From Alphaproteobacteria bacterium (lineage in GTDB: Bacteria > Pseudomonadota > Alphaproteobacteria > UBA7887): a stretch of DNA of 64,000 bases. Location: NCBI GenBank assembly GCA_965216755.1, contig CBDCGL010000011.1:4128001-4192000 (forward strand), in the 5' to 3' direction. The translations under genes were made by a program, and so were the position numbers. Below the pieces are notes generated by a model. It was not told where the DNA came from. It saw nothing but the letters and a program-made list of their open reading frames with translations, and ran no database searches. Position 1 is the stretch's first letter; each line of letters starts with the position of its first letter. Shown here in pieces: positions 37,872-46,879 of this stretch.

Positions 37872-39000
37872 AGTTGGTCTCGACGGGCTCGGTAAACCGC
37901 TTTGGTTATGCCTTGAGCTGACCTATCGGTGCCCGCTGAAATGCCCGTGGTGCAACAACCCGGTCGATTTTGACGAGTACCGCGACGAACTTGACACCGA
38001 TGAGTGGAAGCGCGTGTTGCGCGAAGGGCGGGCATTGGGGTCGCTGCAACTGGGCTTTACCGGCGGTGAACCCGCCATGCGCGATGATCTGGAGGAACTG
38101 GTCGCGGAAGCGGAGTCTCTAGGGTATTACACCAATCTCATCACTTCGGGTATCGGGCTCAGCGCCGAACGGCTACAGGACCTGAAGAACTGCGGCCTGC
38201 ATCAAATCCAACTCAGTCTGCAATCGTCGCGGCGGGATATCACCGACGCCTTGGTCGGCGCGCGCGCCTTTGACAAGAAAATAGAGATCGCCGAGGCGAT
38301 CAAGGCGGCGGGGTTCCCGATGGTCCTCAACGTTCCGGTATGCCGCCAGAATATTGGCGACACCGCGGACATTTTGACGTTGGCCGAGCGCATCGGCGTC
38401 GACTATCTCGAATTTGCCAATATTCAGTATTACAACTGGGCGCTGCTCAATCGGAGTGAACTGTTGCCGAACCGCGCGGAACTGGAATCGGCGGAAGCTG
38501 CCGTGAACGAAGCCCGCGATCGGCTTGGAGATCGGATGACGATCTACTTCGTTATCCCCGACTACTATGATGGCCGCCCAAAGGCGTGCATGAACGGGTG
38601 GGGCAGCATTCATTTGACGATTGCACCGGACGGCACCGCCCTGCCATGCCAAGAAGCACGGGTCATTCCGGGCATGAATTACCCGTCGGTTCGCGACCAG
38701 GGCTTGGCTGAGATTTGGCACGATTCTTTGGCATTCAACAGATTTCGCGGCGACGCGTGGATGACCGAACCATGTCGCGGATGCAATGAAAAGGCCAAGG
38801 ATTTTGGCGGTTGTCGGTGCCAGGCATTCCTGTTAACGGGCGACCCGGCGAACACCGATCCGGCGTGCGCCAAGTCGCCGCAACATGACTTGATCGAGGC
38901 TGCCATTGCCGATGCCGCGAAGCCACGACCGTTTCGCCTGCCGTTGGTCCGGCGCCATGCGAGCGCGGTGACCACGGCATTTGCTGGCAATGCAGTATGA
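37843..39000 (+). CDS. pqqE: PqqA peptide cyclase, radical SAM/SPASM
   Basis: PLWL..ELTYRCPLKCPWC.NP, YYTNLITSG, QYY.WA..NR, PDYY..RPKACMNGWG and DFGGCRCQA motifs. Confidence 0.95.
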   Translation: MPKAGSDASEVGLDGLGKPLWLCLELTYRCPLKCPWCNNPVDFDEYRDELDTDEWKRVLREGRALGSLQLGFTGGEPAMRDDLEELVAEAESLGYYTNLITSGIGLSAERLQDLKNCGLHQIQLSLQSSRRDITDALVGARAFDKKIEIAEAIKAAGFPMVLNVPVCRQNIGDTADILTLAERIGVDYLEFANIQYYNWALLNRSELLPNRAELESAEAAVNEARDRLGDRMTIYFVIPDYYDGRPKACMNGWGSIHLTIAPDGTALPCQEARVIPGMNYPSVRDQGLAEIWHDSLAFNRFRGDAWMTEPCRGCNEKAKDFGGCRCQAFLLTGDPANTDPACAKSPQHDLIEAAIADAAKPRPFRLPLVRRHASAVTTAFAGNAV

Positions 39001-39104
39001 AGACGCCCCTGGACACGCCCGCTGGCACGATCATCTCCGGCGTCGCCTTAACTGTGATTCTAATCATGCTGGTGCGGCTGATCGTGCAAGTCACGGGTGG
39101 ATGA
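38997..39104 (+). CDS. Small single-TM protein (35 aa), resembling the first helix of short PuuD-like proteins
   Basis: Manual translation: MKTPLDTPAGTIISGVALTVILIMLVRLIVQVTGG; its ATG overlaps the pqqE stop (ATGA). Confidence 0.65.
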   Translation: MKTPLDTPAGTIISGVALTVILIMLVRLIVQVTGG

Positions 39105-39142
39105 GGTATCGCTGATTCCAGGCTCAAAAGGATGACGTAGGC

Positions 39143-39652
39143 GTGGAAACGGCCATCATTGACTCCGTTTTGCGTTGGATACATTTCCTCGCAGGGATTA
39201 TCTGGATTGGCCACAACTACGCCGGCATGGTGTTAGTGCCGCGATTTCGCCCCTACGATCCGGCTCAAGACGCGGCCGAAGTGTTGACATCGTCTTACAT
39301 GGGGCGGCAATCACGTGAACACGCCGTTTTTCGCTACAGCGCCATCGTCACTTGGGGCGCAGGGGTCGCGCTGCTGTGGCAACAAGAGCGACTGGTCGAC
39401 GCGCTCATGCTCAGGGCTTATGACGCGCCCATCGGCGTTGGCACTTGGATCGGAACGATTATGTTGCTCAATCTGTGGCTAGTGATGTGGCCACATCAAA
39501 AGAAGGTGCTCGGGTTTGTGCCGGCGCCGGTCGAAGAACGCGTTCGTTGCTCGCGTGTGACTTTTCTCTCCGCACGAATAAACAGTATGCTATCGATTCC
39601 CTTGTTGTTTTTGATGGCAGCCAGCGCACACGCGCCGAATTTGTTTAGCTGA
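39143..39652 (+). CDS. PuuD/DUF989-like (urate oxidase N-terminal) integral membrane protein, without a cytochrome c domain
   Basis: LRWIHFLAGIIWIG, IGVG.WIG.IM..N.W...WP.QKKVLG and R.N.MLSIP motifs. Confidence 0.7.
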   Translation: METAIIDSVLRWIHFLAGIIWIGHNYAGMVLVPRFRPYDPAQDAAEVLTSSYMGRQSREHAVFRYSAIVTWGAGVALLWQQERLVDALMLRAYDAPIGVGTWIGTIMLLNLWLVMWPHQKKVLGFVPAPVEERVRCSRVTFLSARINSMLSIPLLFLMAASAHAPNLFS

Positions 39653-39744
39653 CAGCGATGATGGAAGATGCAAAGACGCGGCTGACACAACGAAACTGCG
39701 CCCACGATATGTCCGCGTCAATGGGTCCAAAGCGGCCACACGGC

Positions 39745-40824
39745 GTGTCGTCAGTCTATAACTTCGCGGCTGGCCCGACGATGATGCCGCATCAGGTGCT
39801 GGCGCGGGCACGCGACGAACTACTGAATTGGCACGGCACCGGTATGTCGGTTTGGGAATTGCCGTTCACCGGAGCGCCGTTTCGCCACCTGGCGGCCGTG
39901 GCACGGCAGCGCCTTCGTGAACTTCTCGATGTGCCTGAGAATTATCGCATTCTGTTTATGCATGGTGGTGCGTCGGCACAATTTTCGTTGGTGCCATTGA
40001 ACTTGGCGCGCGACGCACCGGTCGACTATGTCGAAACCGGTCATTGGGCGCGGAAGGCGATTCGTGAAGGCCGACGTTATGCCCATGTCAACGTTGTCGC
40101 GAGCAACGCTGGCCAAGGGTTCACGTGCATGCCTGCGCCTGAGACTTGGCAACTGACAAAGGGTGCGGCTTATTGCCACGTCACCACCAACGAAACGGCA
40201 AATGGCCTCCAGTTTCATCACACGCTTGATGCCGGCAGCACGCCCCTGGTGGCTGATGCGACGTCCGATTTCTTGGCGCGACCACTCGATGTTGGGAAAT
40301 TCGGGCTTGTCTACGCCGGGGCGCAAAAGAATATCGGCCCCGCCGGGCTGACCATTGTCATCGTCCATCGCGACCTGCTTGGAGCGGCACGTGCCGAAAC
40401 ACCGACAGTGCTCAATTATCAAGTTCAGGCCGACAGCGATTGTATGGTCAATACGCCGTTGACATACGCGATATATTTGGCGGGACTGGTGTTTGCGTGG
40501 CTGGCTGAGCAAGGCGGTGTAACGGCGATGGCGACGATCAATCGTCGGAAGAGTGCGCGCCTCTATGCGGCTATCGACAGCACGGCTTTCTACCAGTGCC
40601 CCAATGCCCCGGCGGACCGATCGCACATGAATGTTTGCTTCGGGCTGGCCGACCAACAGCTGGAAGGCCGGTTTTTGGCCGAAGCCGAGACAGAGGGGTT
40701 GTGCAATCTAAAGGGCCATACCGCGGTCGGTGGTATCCGCGCCAGCCTCTACAACGCGATGCCGGAAGCGGGCGTCAAGGCGCTGATGGATTTTATGGTC
40801 GAGTTCGAACGCCGGTACGGTTGA
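39745..40824 (+). CDS. Phosphoserine aminotransferase (SerC) paralogue, class V PLP enzyme with an altered substrate pocket
   Basis: Collinear with E. coli-type SerC (YNFAAGP, NET, YAGAQKNIGPAG, RASLYNA), but SHR is replaced by PFT and GHR by GHT. Confidence 0.85.
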   Translation: MSSVYNFAAGPTMMPHQVLARARDELLNWHGTGMSVWELPFTGAPFRHLAAVARQRLRELLDVPENYRILFMHGGASAQFSLVPLNLARDAPVDYVETGHWARKAIREGRRYAHVNVVASNAGQGFTCMPAPETWQLTKGAAYCHVTTNETANGLQFHHTLDAGSTPLVADATSDFLARPLDVGKFGLVYAGAQKNIGPAGLTIVIVHRDLLGAARAETPTVLNYQVQADSDCMVNTPLTYAIYLAGLVFAWLAEQGGVTAMATINRRKSARLYAAIDSTAFYQCPNAPADRSHMNVCFGLADQQLEGRFLAEAETEGLCNLKGHTAVGGIRASLYNAMPEAGVKALMDFMVEFERRYG

Positions 40825-40941
40825 CGGCCGCGGCCTGATATCTACGGCCCGCCTCCGCCTCATTAGCTACAACGAATTTAGGGAATTGTAATCTTCTCGA
40901 TGTATGCCGGTTCCTGGCCCTAAAAGCATCAGGAGCTGGCT

Positions 40942-41877
40942 GTGATTACTGAACGTATTGACCACATCACCCGCATTCCCCAGGACTATAAGTCAGCTTG
41001 TCCGCCGTGCCCCAAAAGCGTCAAGATCGAGCTAACAGCTCGTTGTGACTTCAAGTGTTTCTTTTGTGCCACCGGCGCCAAACTGCGAAAAACCGGCGAT
41101 ATGGATTGGGACTTGCTGCGCCGATTGCTGACGGAAATGCGTGACGCCGGCGTCGAAGAGATCGGCTTGTTCTACCTCGGTGAGTCGTTTCTCTACAGCA
41201 AGCTTCCCGACGCGATCGCTTACGCGCGCAAGCTTGGCTACCCATACATCTTCCTGACGACCAACGGCAGGCTCGCAAAACCCGAGCGGGTCCGCGCCTG
41301 TATGGCGGCCGGCCTCGACAGCCTCAAATTTTCGTTTAATTGGGCGGACCAGGCCCAATGCAAAGACATCACCCGGGTCGACGCCTTCGAGACCGTTGTT
41401 GCCAACATCAAAGCTGCGCGAGAGGTCCGCGACGACGTTGAAAAGGCGAGCGGCCATCGCTGCGGTCTGTACGCCTCGTCGATCCAATATGACGGCGCGC
41501 AACAAGAGCGCATGGCGCGGGCCGTGCAAGAGATCGAGCCTTACGTCGATGAACATTATTGGTTGCCGCTCTACGGCCAAGCTGGATTGACGGCGGGCGC
41601 CAACGGCACGACTCCCGTGGCCGGCAATGTCGGTCGGGTCGGTGCCTTGCGTGATCCGCTGCCGTGTTGGGCGGTGTTCACCGAAGGTCACATCACCTTT
41701 GACGGCCATTTGTCAGCATGTTGTTTCGACCATGATGGGCGGTTCAACATGGGCGATCTCAACACCATGTCTTTTATGGAGGCGTGGCATAGCGGAACAT
41801 TCCAAGCGCTCCGAGAGGCCAATTTGGCGCAGGATGTCACCGGCACGCCATGCGAGCAGTGCATCGCCTACGGCTAA
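40942..41877 (+). CDS. Radical SAM protein with C-terminal SPASM/twitch domain, function unknown
   Basis: IELTARCDFKCFFC, GES, TTNG, and C-terminal LPCW...ACCFD...GDL...W...PCEQC; AGGAG RBS. Confidence 0.88.
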   Translation: MITERIDHITRIPQDYKSACPPCPKSVKIELTARCDFKCFFCATGAKLRKTGDMDWDLLRRLLTEMRDAGVEEIGLFYLGESFLYSKLPDAIAYARKLGYPYIFLTTNGRLAKPERVRACMAAGLDSLKFSFNWADQAQCKDITRVDAFETVVANIKAAREVRDDVEKASGHRCGLYASSIQYDGAQQERMARAVQEIEPYVDEHYWLPLYGQAGLTAGANGTTPVAGNVGRVGALRDPLPCWAVFTEGHITFDGHLSACCFDHDGRFNMGDLNTMSFMEAWHSGTFQALREANLAQDVTGTPCEQCIAYG

Positions 41878-42076
41878 TCACCGTATAGCGTAAGACGCGC
41901 ACTATAAAGCGCGCTAAACCACATGTTGTGTCGCCGCACGGCGACGCGTACTCTTTCGCCCGCAGTTGAACTGTCGGCGCTGCGCCAAGGTGCCGCATCC
42001 GGCGGGTGGGCCGGGCCACCGCAGGCATGTGCGCATGCTGTCGTTGCCAGCGTTGTCTACGCGCGGAGCAATGGTC

Positions 42077-42592
42077 ATGACGGCACCGGAAAAGTATTCC
42101 AAAGGTGTGCGGTTTTTGCATTGGCTGATGGCAGCCGTCCTGGTTGGTTCGGTCTATACCGGCTGGCAGTTGGAAGAGCCGGGCAACCGGGTGACGTCGC
42201 TTCATTTCGGGCTCGGGATTTCGATCGCGTTGCTCATCCTATTGCGTATTTGGGCGCGCCTCGGTTCGACCGTACCGCCGTTCCCTGATGGGCTCGCGGC
42301 ATGGGAGGCGCGGGTGGCGCACGCCGCACATATGGCCCTCTATGGCACCTTGGTGATGATGCCTGCGCTTGGTTTTTTGGCAGCGACCACGCGTGCGGAG
42401 GGCGCCACCCTTTGGGGGCTACCGTTGCCGTCCGTACTGGGGCGCGATAAGGTGCTCCACGAGGCCATCGCTGGGGCCCATGGCTTGGTTGCCAACATTT
42501 TGATTTTGGTCACGCTGCTGCATATTGCCGGTGCCCTAAAGCATCGCCTGTTTGATAAACCGGAGAACAACGTGCTGCCGCGGATTCTTTAA
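42077..42592 (+). CDS. Cytochrome b561 (YceJ/CybB-like)
   Basis: RFLHWLMA, LHFGLG, AAHMALY and LLHIAGALKH heme-ligand pattern. Confidence 0.85.
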   Translation: MTAPEKYSKGVRFLHWLMAAVLVGSVYTGWQLEEPGNRVTSLHFGLGISIALLILLRIWARLGSTVPPFPDGLAAWEARVAHAAHMALYGTLVMMPALGFLAATTRAEGATLWGLPLPSVLGRDKVLHEAIAGAHGLVANILILVTLLHIAGALKHRLFDKPENNVLPRIL

Positions 42593-42688
42593 ACCCCATG
42601 GCCGTGTCGCGGATGACAAAGTCCGCGATGACGATGGTGTTTGCGCCTTAACCGTCCTTGGGCGGAAAGACAATAATTGGTATACGAT

Positions 42689-44506
42689 TTATAACTCTTC
42701 GACGATAAATCGATAGATGCTGTCTTGGCCGTTGATCCGTTGTTCGATCTCGGCGTCGGTGTGGGCAGCGGCCGCATGCATCAACGCCGTGTGGCGGCGC
42801 CAATCAAGGATGTTCATGTCGGTCGGCAGGGGTGGCGAAATGACGCGATCATGCGGACCGGGCCGCGCGCCGGCTTGGCGGCTCATCATCATGCTGCGTA
42901 CGATCACGTTGGCCAAGTTGGGTGCGCGAGGTAAGGCCGCAAAAGGTGAGCACATGGCGCGCGCGATGTGCCAACGTCCAGGTAAGCTGTCATAAGTAAC
43001 CTGCGGTCTGTTCAATTTCGGGATAGGCAGGTCGACGACAATGTTGGGACCCGTTTTGAGGCGATGCATGGTCGCGAGCGGGACGTTGTCTGCCAAACTG
43101 CCGTCAACAAGCACGTCGCCTTCGTCGGTCAGAAAGGGAGGCAGAAGCGCTGGAATTGAGCCGGTCGCACGAACCGCTTGCCACACCAATCCGTGCCGAT
43201 GACAACGTTCCTGGCCGGTGGCGAGGTCGGTCGACAGAGCGAAGAATGGGATGGCAAGGTCTTCGATACAGGTGTTGCCATAGTGGGCATTGAGAGCGCG
43301 GTCGAAATAGGTGTGATCAAGGAGGCTGTATCTAGGGATCGTGACATGCTGCAATGCGCCGCGTGTGATGAAAATATCGTGCGTGCGCGCGTCGATTTCT
43401 TGGGGCGTCATCTGAGCAGCGAACGCCGCCGCCATGGCGCCGCCACCACTGGTTCCACCATAGAAGTCAAACCGGATGTCACGGTCATAGAAAGCCTTAT
43501 AGACGCCGATGTGCGCGGCGCAAAATGCACCGCCGCCGCCGGCCACAAAACCCGCCGCTCTACCCGTCAGAAAACGTGCGAGGCGGGTGTAGTCATCCGT
43601 CGCGTCAAGGCCGACATGATGGTGCATGACGACTGCGCGCTGCTTCAGCCAATCCGATGTCCCCGGATATAGCGGCGCTGCTTGATCATGAACCAGGACT
43701 AGTCGTGTGCGTTCGCGGCCGTGCAACGCCAGCGCCATTTGCTCCAATTCGGTCAACACAATTTGCGACCCGACACGGGCCACCAGCAGCAGCTCATCGG
43801 CCTGACGGATGTATTTCTGTGTCCACGCTGGCGAATTTGGGTCCGTCCAGAACACAAGGTGGTCAGTGTCTCGGCCTAAAGCCTCTAGCCAAAGTGCCGC
43901 GTCGAGGGAGTCCGGCGAAAGGCCGCGGCTGAATTCGCGGTCCGGCGTATTGATATCAATATCGCGTAGCGTGCCGTGCCGTCGCAACGCCTTGACGAGT
44001 CGGTTCTTGAAGGTATCGGGAATGGGGCCGCTGCCGGCTTGCACAATGGCGAGCGTGTGCGAGGGCGCGAACGATGCTTCTTGTCCCAGCCGGTCCGAGG
44101 TCTTGACCAGTCGCTCGGACAAGAAACGTATGATGGCGTCTTTAATGTCCGGCACGTCGTGCGCGACTTGCTCAAAATCGTCGCGCGTCAGGGCCAACAC
44201 CACACTGTCGCGTTTGGCCGTGACTTGGGCGCTGCGCGGTGTGCCTGAGAAAAAGCCGATTTCGCCGATGGGTTGGCCGCGGCCAATCTCGATCCCCATC
44301 GGTGCGTCACTGTCGAAGCTCACGTCAAACAGACCGCTGGCGACCAAATACAGCGTCTCGGCGCTTTCGCCCTTCTGAATTAAAATATCGCCGCGCGCAA
44401 TGCGGCGCGTTTGCAAACGCGCGGCGAGCCGGTCGCGGATGTCCGCGGTGAGACGATCAAAGGCCTCGATGGCGGATAGTGGATCAGGCGTTGGCATAGG
44501 GACCAC
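42689..44506 (-). CDS. Cyclic nucleotide-binding patatin-like phospholipase (NTE-like)
   Basis: cNMP domain (GEIGF....PRSA.V) and patatin motifs GGGA, GTSGG and DGS. Confidence 0.85.
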   Translation of the reverse strand: MVPMPTPDPLSAIEAFDRLTADIRDRLAARLQTRRIARGDILIQKGESAETLYLVASGLFDVSFDSDAPMGIEIGRGQPIGEIGFFSGTPRSAQVTAKRDSVVLALTRDDFEQVAHDVPDIKDAIIRFLSERLVKTSDRLGQEASFAPSHTLAIVQAGSGPIPDTFKNRLVKALRRHGTLRDIDINTPDREFSRGLSPDSLDAALWLEALGRDTDHLVFWTDPNSPAWTQKYIRQADELLLVARVGSQIVLTELEQMALALHGRERTRLVLVHDQAAPLYPGTSDWLKQRAVVMHHHVGLDATDDYTRLARFLTGRAAGFVAGGGGAFCAAHIGVYKAFYDRDIRFDFYGGTSGGGAMAAAFAAQMTPQEIDARTHDIFITRGALQHVTIPRYSLLDHTYFDRALNAHYGNTCIEDLAIPFFALSTDLATGQERCHRHGLVWQAVRATGSIPALLPPFLTDEGDVLVDGSLADNVPLATMHRLKTGPNIVVDLPIPKLNRPQVTYDSLPGRWHIARAMCSPFAALPRAPNLANVIVRSMMMSRQAGARPGPHDRVISPPLPTDMNILDWRRHTALMHAAAAHTDAEIEQRINGQDSIYRFIVEEL

Positions 44507-44669
44507 ACTTCAAAGCCGGGAAAACTGGCCGTAAGCTATCGTGACTCTGGCCGGTTTGTCTTGGCAGTCCGGCGTGTGCATGCTGCGACCGAAGAGGTAC
44601 GGCATGCCAATGGCGTCAAAACGAAACGCGTGCCGCATAACCGATGCACGGCGACGGATGGAACAGGAC

Positions 44670-45479
44670 ATGGATATCGAGCAGCTTTATCGCGTTGACG
44701 GCGCGCGCAAGGTGCGTTTGGCGGACATTGATCCGCGCCAAAAAACGGGATTTGACAGCCGTAAGGACGCCGAACGGCAAACGGCCGAGGATATCGAAGC
44801 CATCGACAGCCTACAGGATCGTCTCTACGCGGAAAGCGATCAGGCCTTGTTGGTCGTGCTGCAAGCGATGGATGCCGGCGGCAAGGACGGCACCGTGCGC
44901 CGCATTTTTGGCCCGGTCGATCCGCTTGGTGTCCACACGGTCAATTTTCGCCGGCCGACAACGCTGGAGCTGTCACACGATTTCCTGTGGCGTGTGCACC
45001 AAAAGGTGCCAGCCCATGGTGAAATCGGGTTGTTTAATCGCTCGCACTATGAAGACGTTCTGGTCGTACGTGTGCGCGAATTGGCGCCGCCCGCGGTTGT
45101 CGAAAAGCGCTATGCGCACATCAATGCCTTTGAGCAGCTGTTGGCCGACAACAAAGTCACGATTGTCAAGATATTCCTGCATATATCCAAAGAAGAACAG
45201 CGCGAGCGTTTGCAGGAACGGGTCGACATGCCGCACAAGCGTTGGAAATTCAATGCCGGCGATTTGGAGGAACGAAAATTCTGGGACGCTTATATGGAGG
45301 CCTATGAAATCGCCGTCAATCGCTGTGCGGCGCCCCATGCGCCATGGTATGTCGTGCCCGCCGATCGCAACTGGTATCGCAACGCCGTTGTCGCGCGTAT
45401 TATTCGCACGGCACTGGAGCGCATGGATCCGCGATATCCGGAGCCTGATTTCGATCCCACGTCGATTCGCGTGGAGTGA
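44670..45479 (+). CDS. ppk2: Polyphosphate kinase 2 family protein
   Basis: LQAMDAGGKDG, HDFLWR, FNRSHYEDVL, FLHISKEEQ and APWYVVPAD motifs. Confidence 0.88.
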   Translation: MDIEQLYRVDGARKVRLADIDPRQKTGFDSRKDAERQTAEDIEAIDSLQDRLYAESDQALLVVLQAMDAGGKDGTVRRIFGPVDPLGVHTVNFRRPTTLELSHDFLWRVHQKVPAHGEIGLFNRSHYEDVLVVRVRELAPPAVVEKRYAHINAFEQLLADNKVTIVKIFLHISKEEQRERLQERVDMPHKRWKFNAGDLEERKFWDAYMEAYEIAVNRCAAPHAPWYVVPADRNWYRNAVVARIIRTALERMDPRYPEPDFDPTSIRVE

Positions 45480-45533
45480 GGAAATGGATCAGGACTGGTC
45501 GGCGCGTGCCGGAGTCAGTCGTACCCGGTTGGT

Positions 45534-46640
45534 TTAGGCAGTGGCGTCGTTGGAACCGGTAATGGCGCGGGTCACCGCCGGCAGCACCTGGGTTGCCATA
45601 AGCTCCATAGAGCGTCGCATCTTGGCTTTGTCGGTCCAATCGTGGGCGGTCATGACCAGGTGGCCAAAGGGGCCGACGTCATCGCGAAACGCCAGCAATT
45701 GTTCGGTGACTGATTTGGGGCTGCCGCGTATCACCAAACGGTCGACCAATTCGCCATGGCTGAGCGCGTGCGGGTCATCGCCGGGGTTGGTGACAAATGC
45801 CGCCTTCATCTCGGCGCGTTCGAAGATCGTGAAAAGGTATTTGTAGTAGTAATCGAACGTCCCGCCTGGTTGCTTGACGAACGCTTCGGCGTCGTCGTTG
45901 GTGTCGGCAACAAATATGCTTCGCGCCACCCGCCATCGTGCCGGGTCCGGATGCTTGTTCTGTTTGTCGCATTCGTCCAGATAAGTCTCCCAATGCGACT
46001 TGACTGACCAGTTTGCGATGAAGTTTGCTGAAATCGGCTCAAAGTCGCGCACAGCCGCCAGGCGCATCATGCCCGAATAGGGACTCATCGCCGAGACCGC
46101 GATCGGTGGATGGGGTTTTTGATACGGTTTGACCATGTGCCCCAGGCCAATGTCGTCGTGAACCCAATCCTTGATTTTGGTCGACCAATATTTGCCTTTG
46201 ATGTCGTAAGGCGGGTCGGACTGCCAGATCTTCAGGATCATATCGATGGACTCGACCATCATCTCGCCGCGATCATTGTCCATCACACCGAACAGTTCAA
46301 AATCCGGCGGCAGGCCACCTGGTCCGATGCCCATGACGAAGCGACCTTGGGCCAGATGGTCGAACATCGCCGCGTGCCCCGCGATCAATGCCGGATGGTA
46401 TTGCGACATGCAGATCACGCCGGTCGCCAGTTTGATTTGCCGGGTGCGCGCGATCAGGTTGGCCATGAACATCAGCGGCGACGTAATCGGCTCGACAGCG
46501 GAGCAGTGGTGCTCGCCGACCCAGGCCTCAGCAAAACCCAGCTTGTCGGCAAACTCGATGGCCTCAATATCTTCTGCCAAAGAGGTGTGATAGTCCTTGT
46601 CCTTATGATGAATGGGCATCATGAAATAGGACAGCTCCAT
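45534..46640 (-). CDS. LLM-class flavin-dependent monooxygenase/oxidoreductase
   Basis: FMMP.H, ADKLGF.EAWVGEHH, IKLATGV, GPGGL..D and PYQKPHPPI motifs. Confidence 0.85.
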   Translation of the reverse strand: MELSYFMMPIHHKDKDYHTSLAEDIEAIEFADKLGFAEAWVGEHHCSAVEPITSPLMFMANLIARTRQIKLATGVICMSQYHPALIAGHAAMFDHLAQGRFVMGIGPGGLPPDFELFGVMDNDRGEMMVESIDMILKIWQSDPPYDIKGKYWSTKIKDWVHDDIGLGHMVKPYQKPHPPIAVSAMSPYSGMMRLAAVRDFEPISANFIANWSVKSHWETYLDECDKQNKHPDPARWRVARSIFVADTNDDAEAFVKQPGGTFDYYYKYLFTIFERAEMKAAFVTNPGDDPHALSHGELVDRLVIRGSPKSVTEQLLAFRDDVGPFGHLVMTAHDWTDKAKMRRSMELMATQVLPAVTRAITGSNDATA

Positions 46641-46879
46641 CGCGCCACTCCCGAGCCTGGTATGAGTTGATTGGCAAAGCGTAGCGCGTACGGCCCTTTG
46701 GCAAAAGCTGAATGCGCAAATTGTTGTGACCCAGAGATCTCCGTTGATGCCCCCTTGGACGGGCAACGTAGGTAACGGGTGAATTCTTTTGGCGAATGGA
46801 ACAAAATACGCGGCTGTCGCGGGGCACGGCGCAATTGGCGCCGAGTCGAATGAAAGAGCAAAAAATAGGGACAATGGAG

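Noticed and set aside
39745-40824. Assigning the gene symbol serC
   Set aside because: The phosphate-binding residues are substituted, so orthology and function are doubtful.
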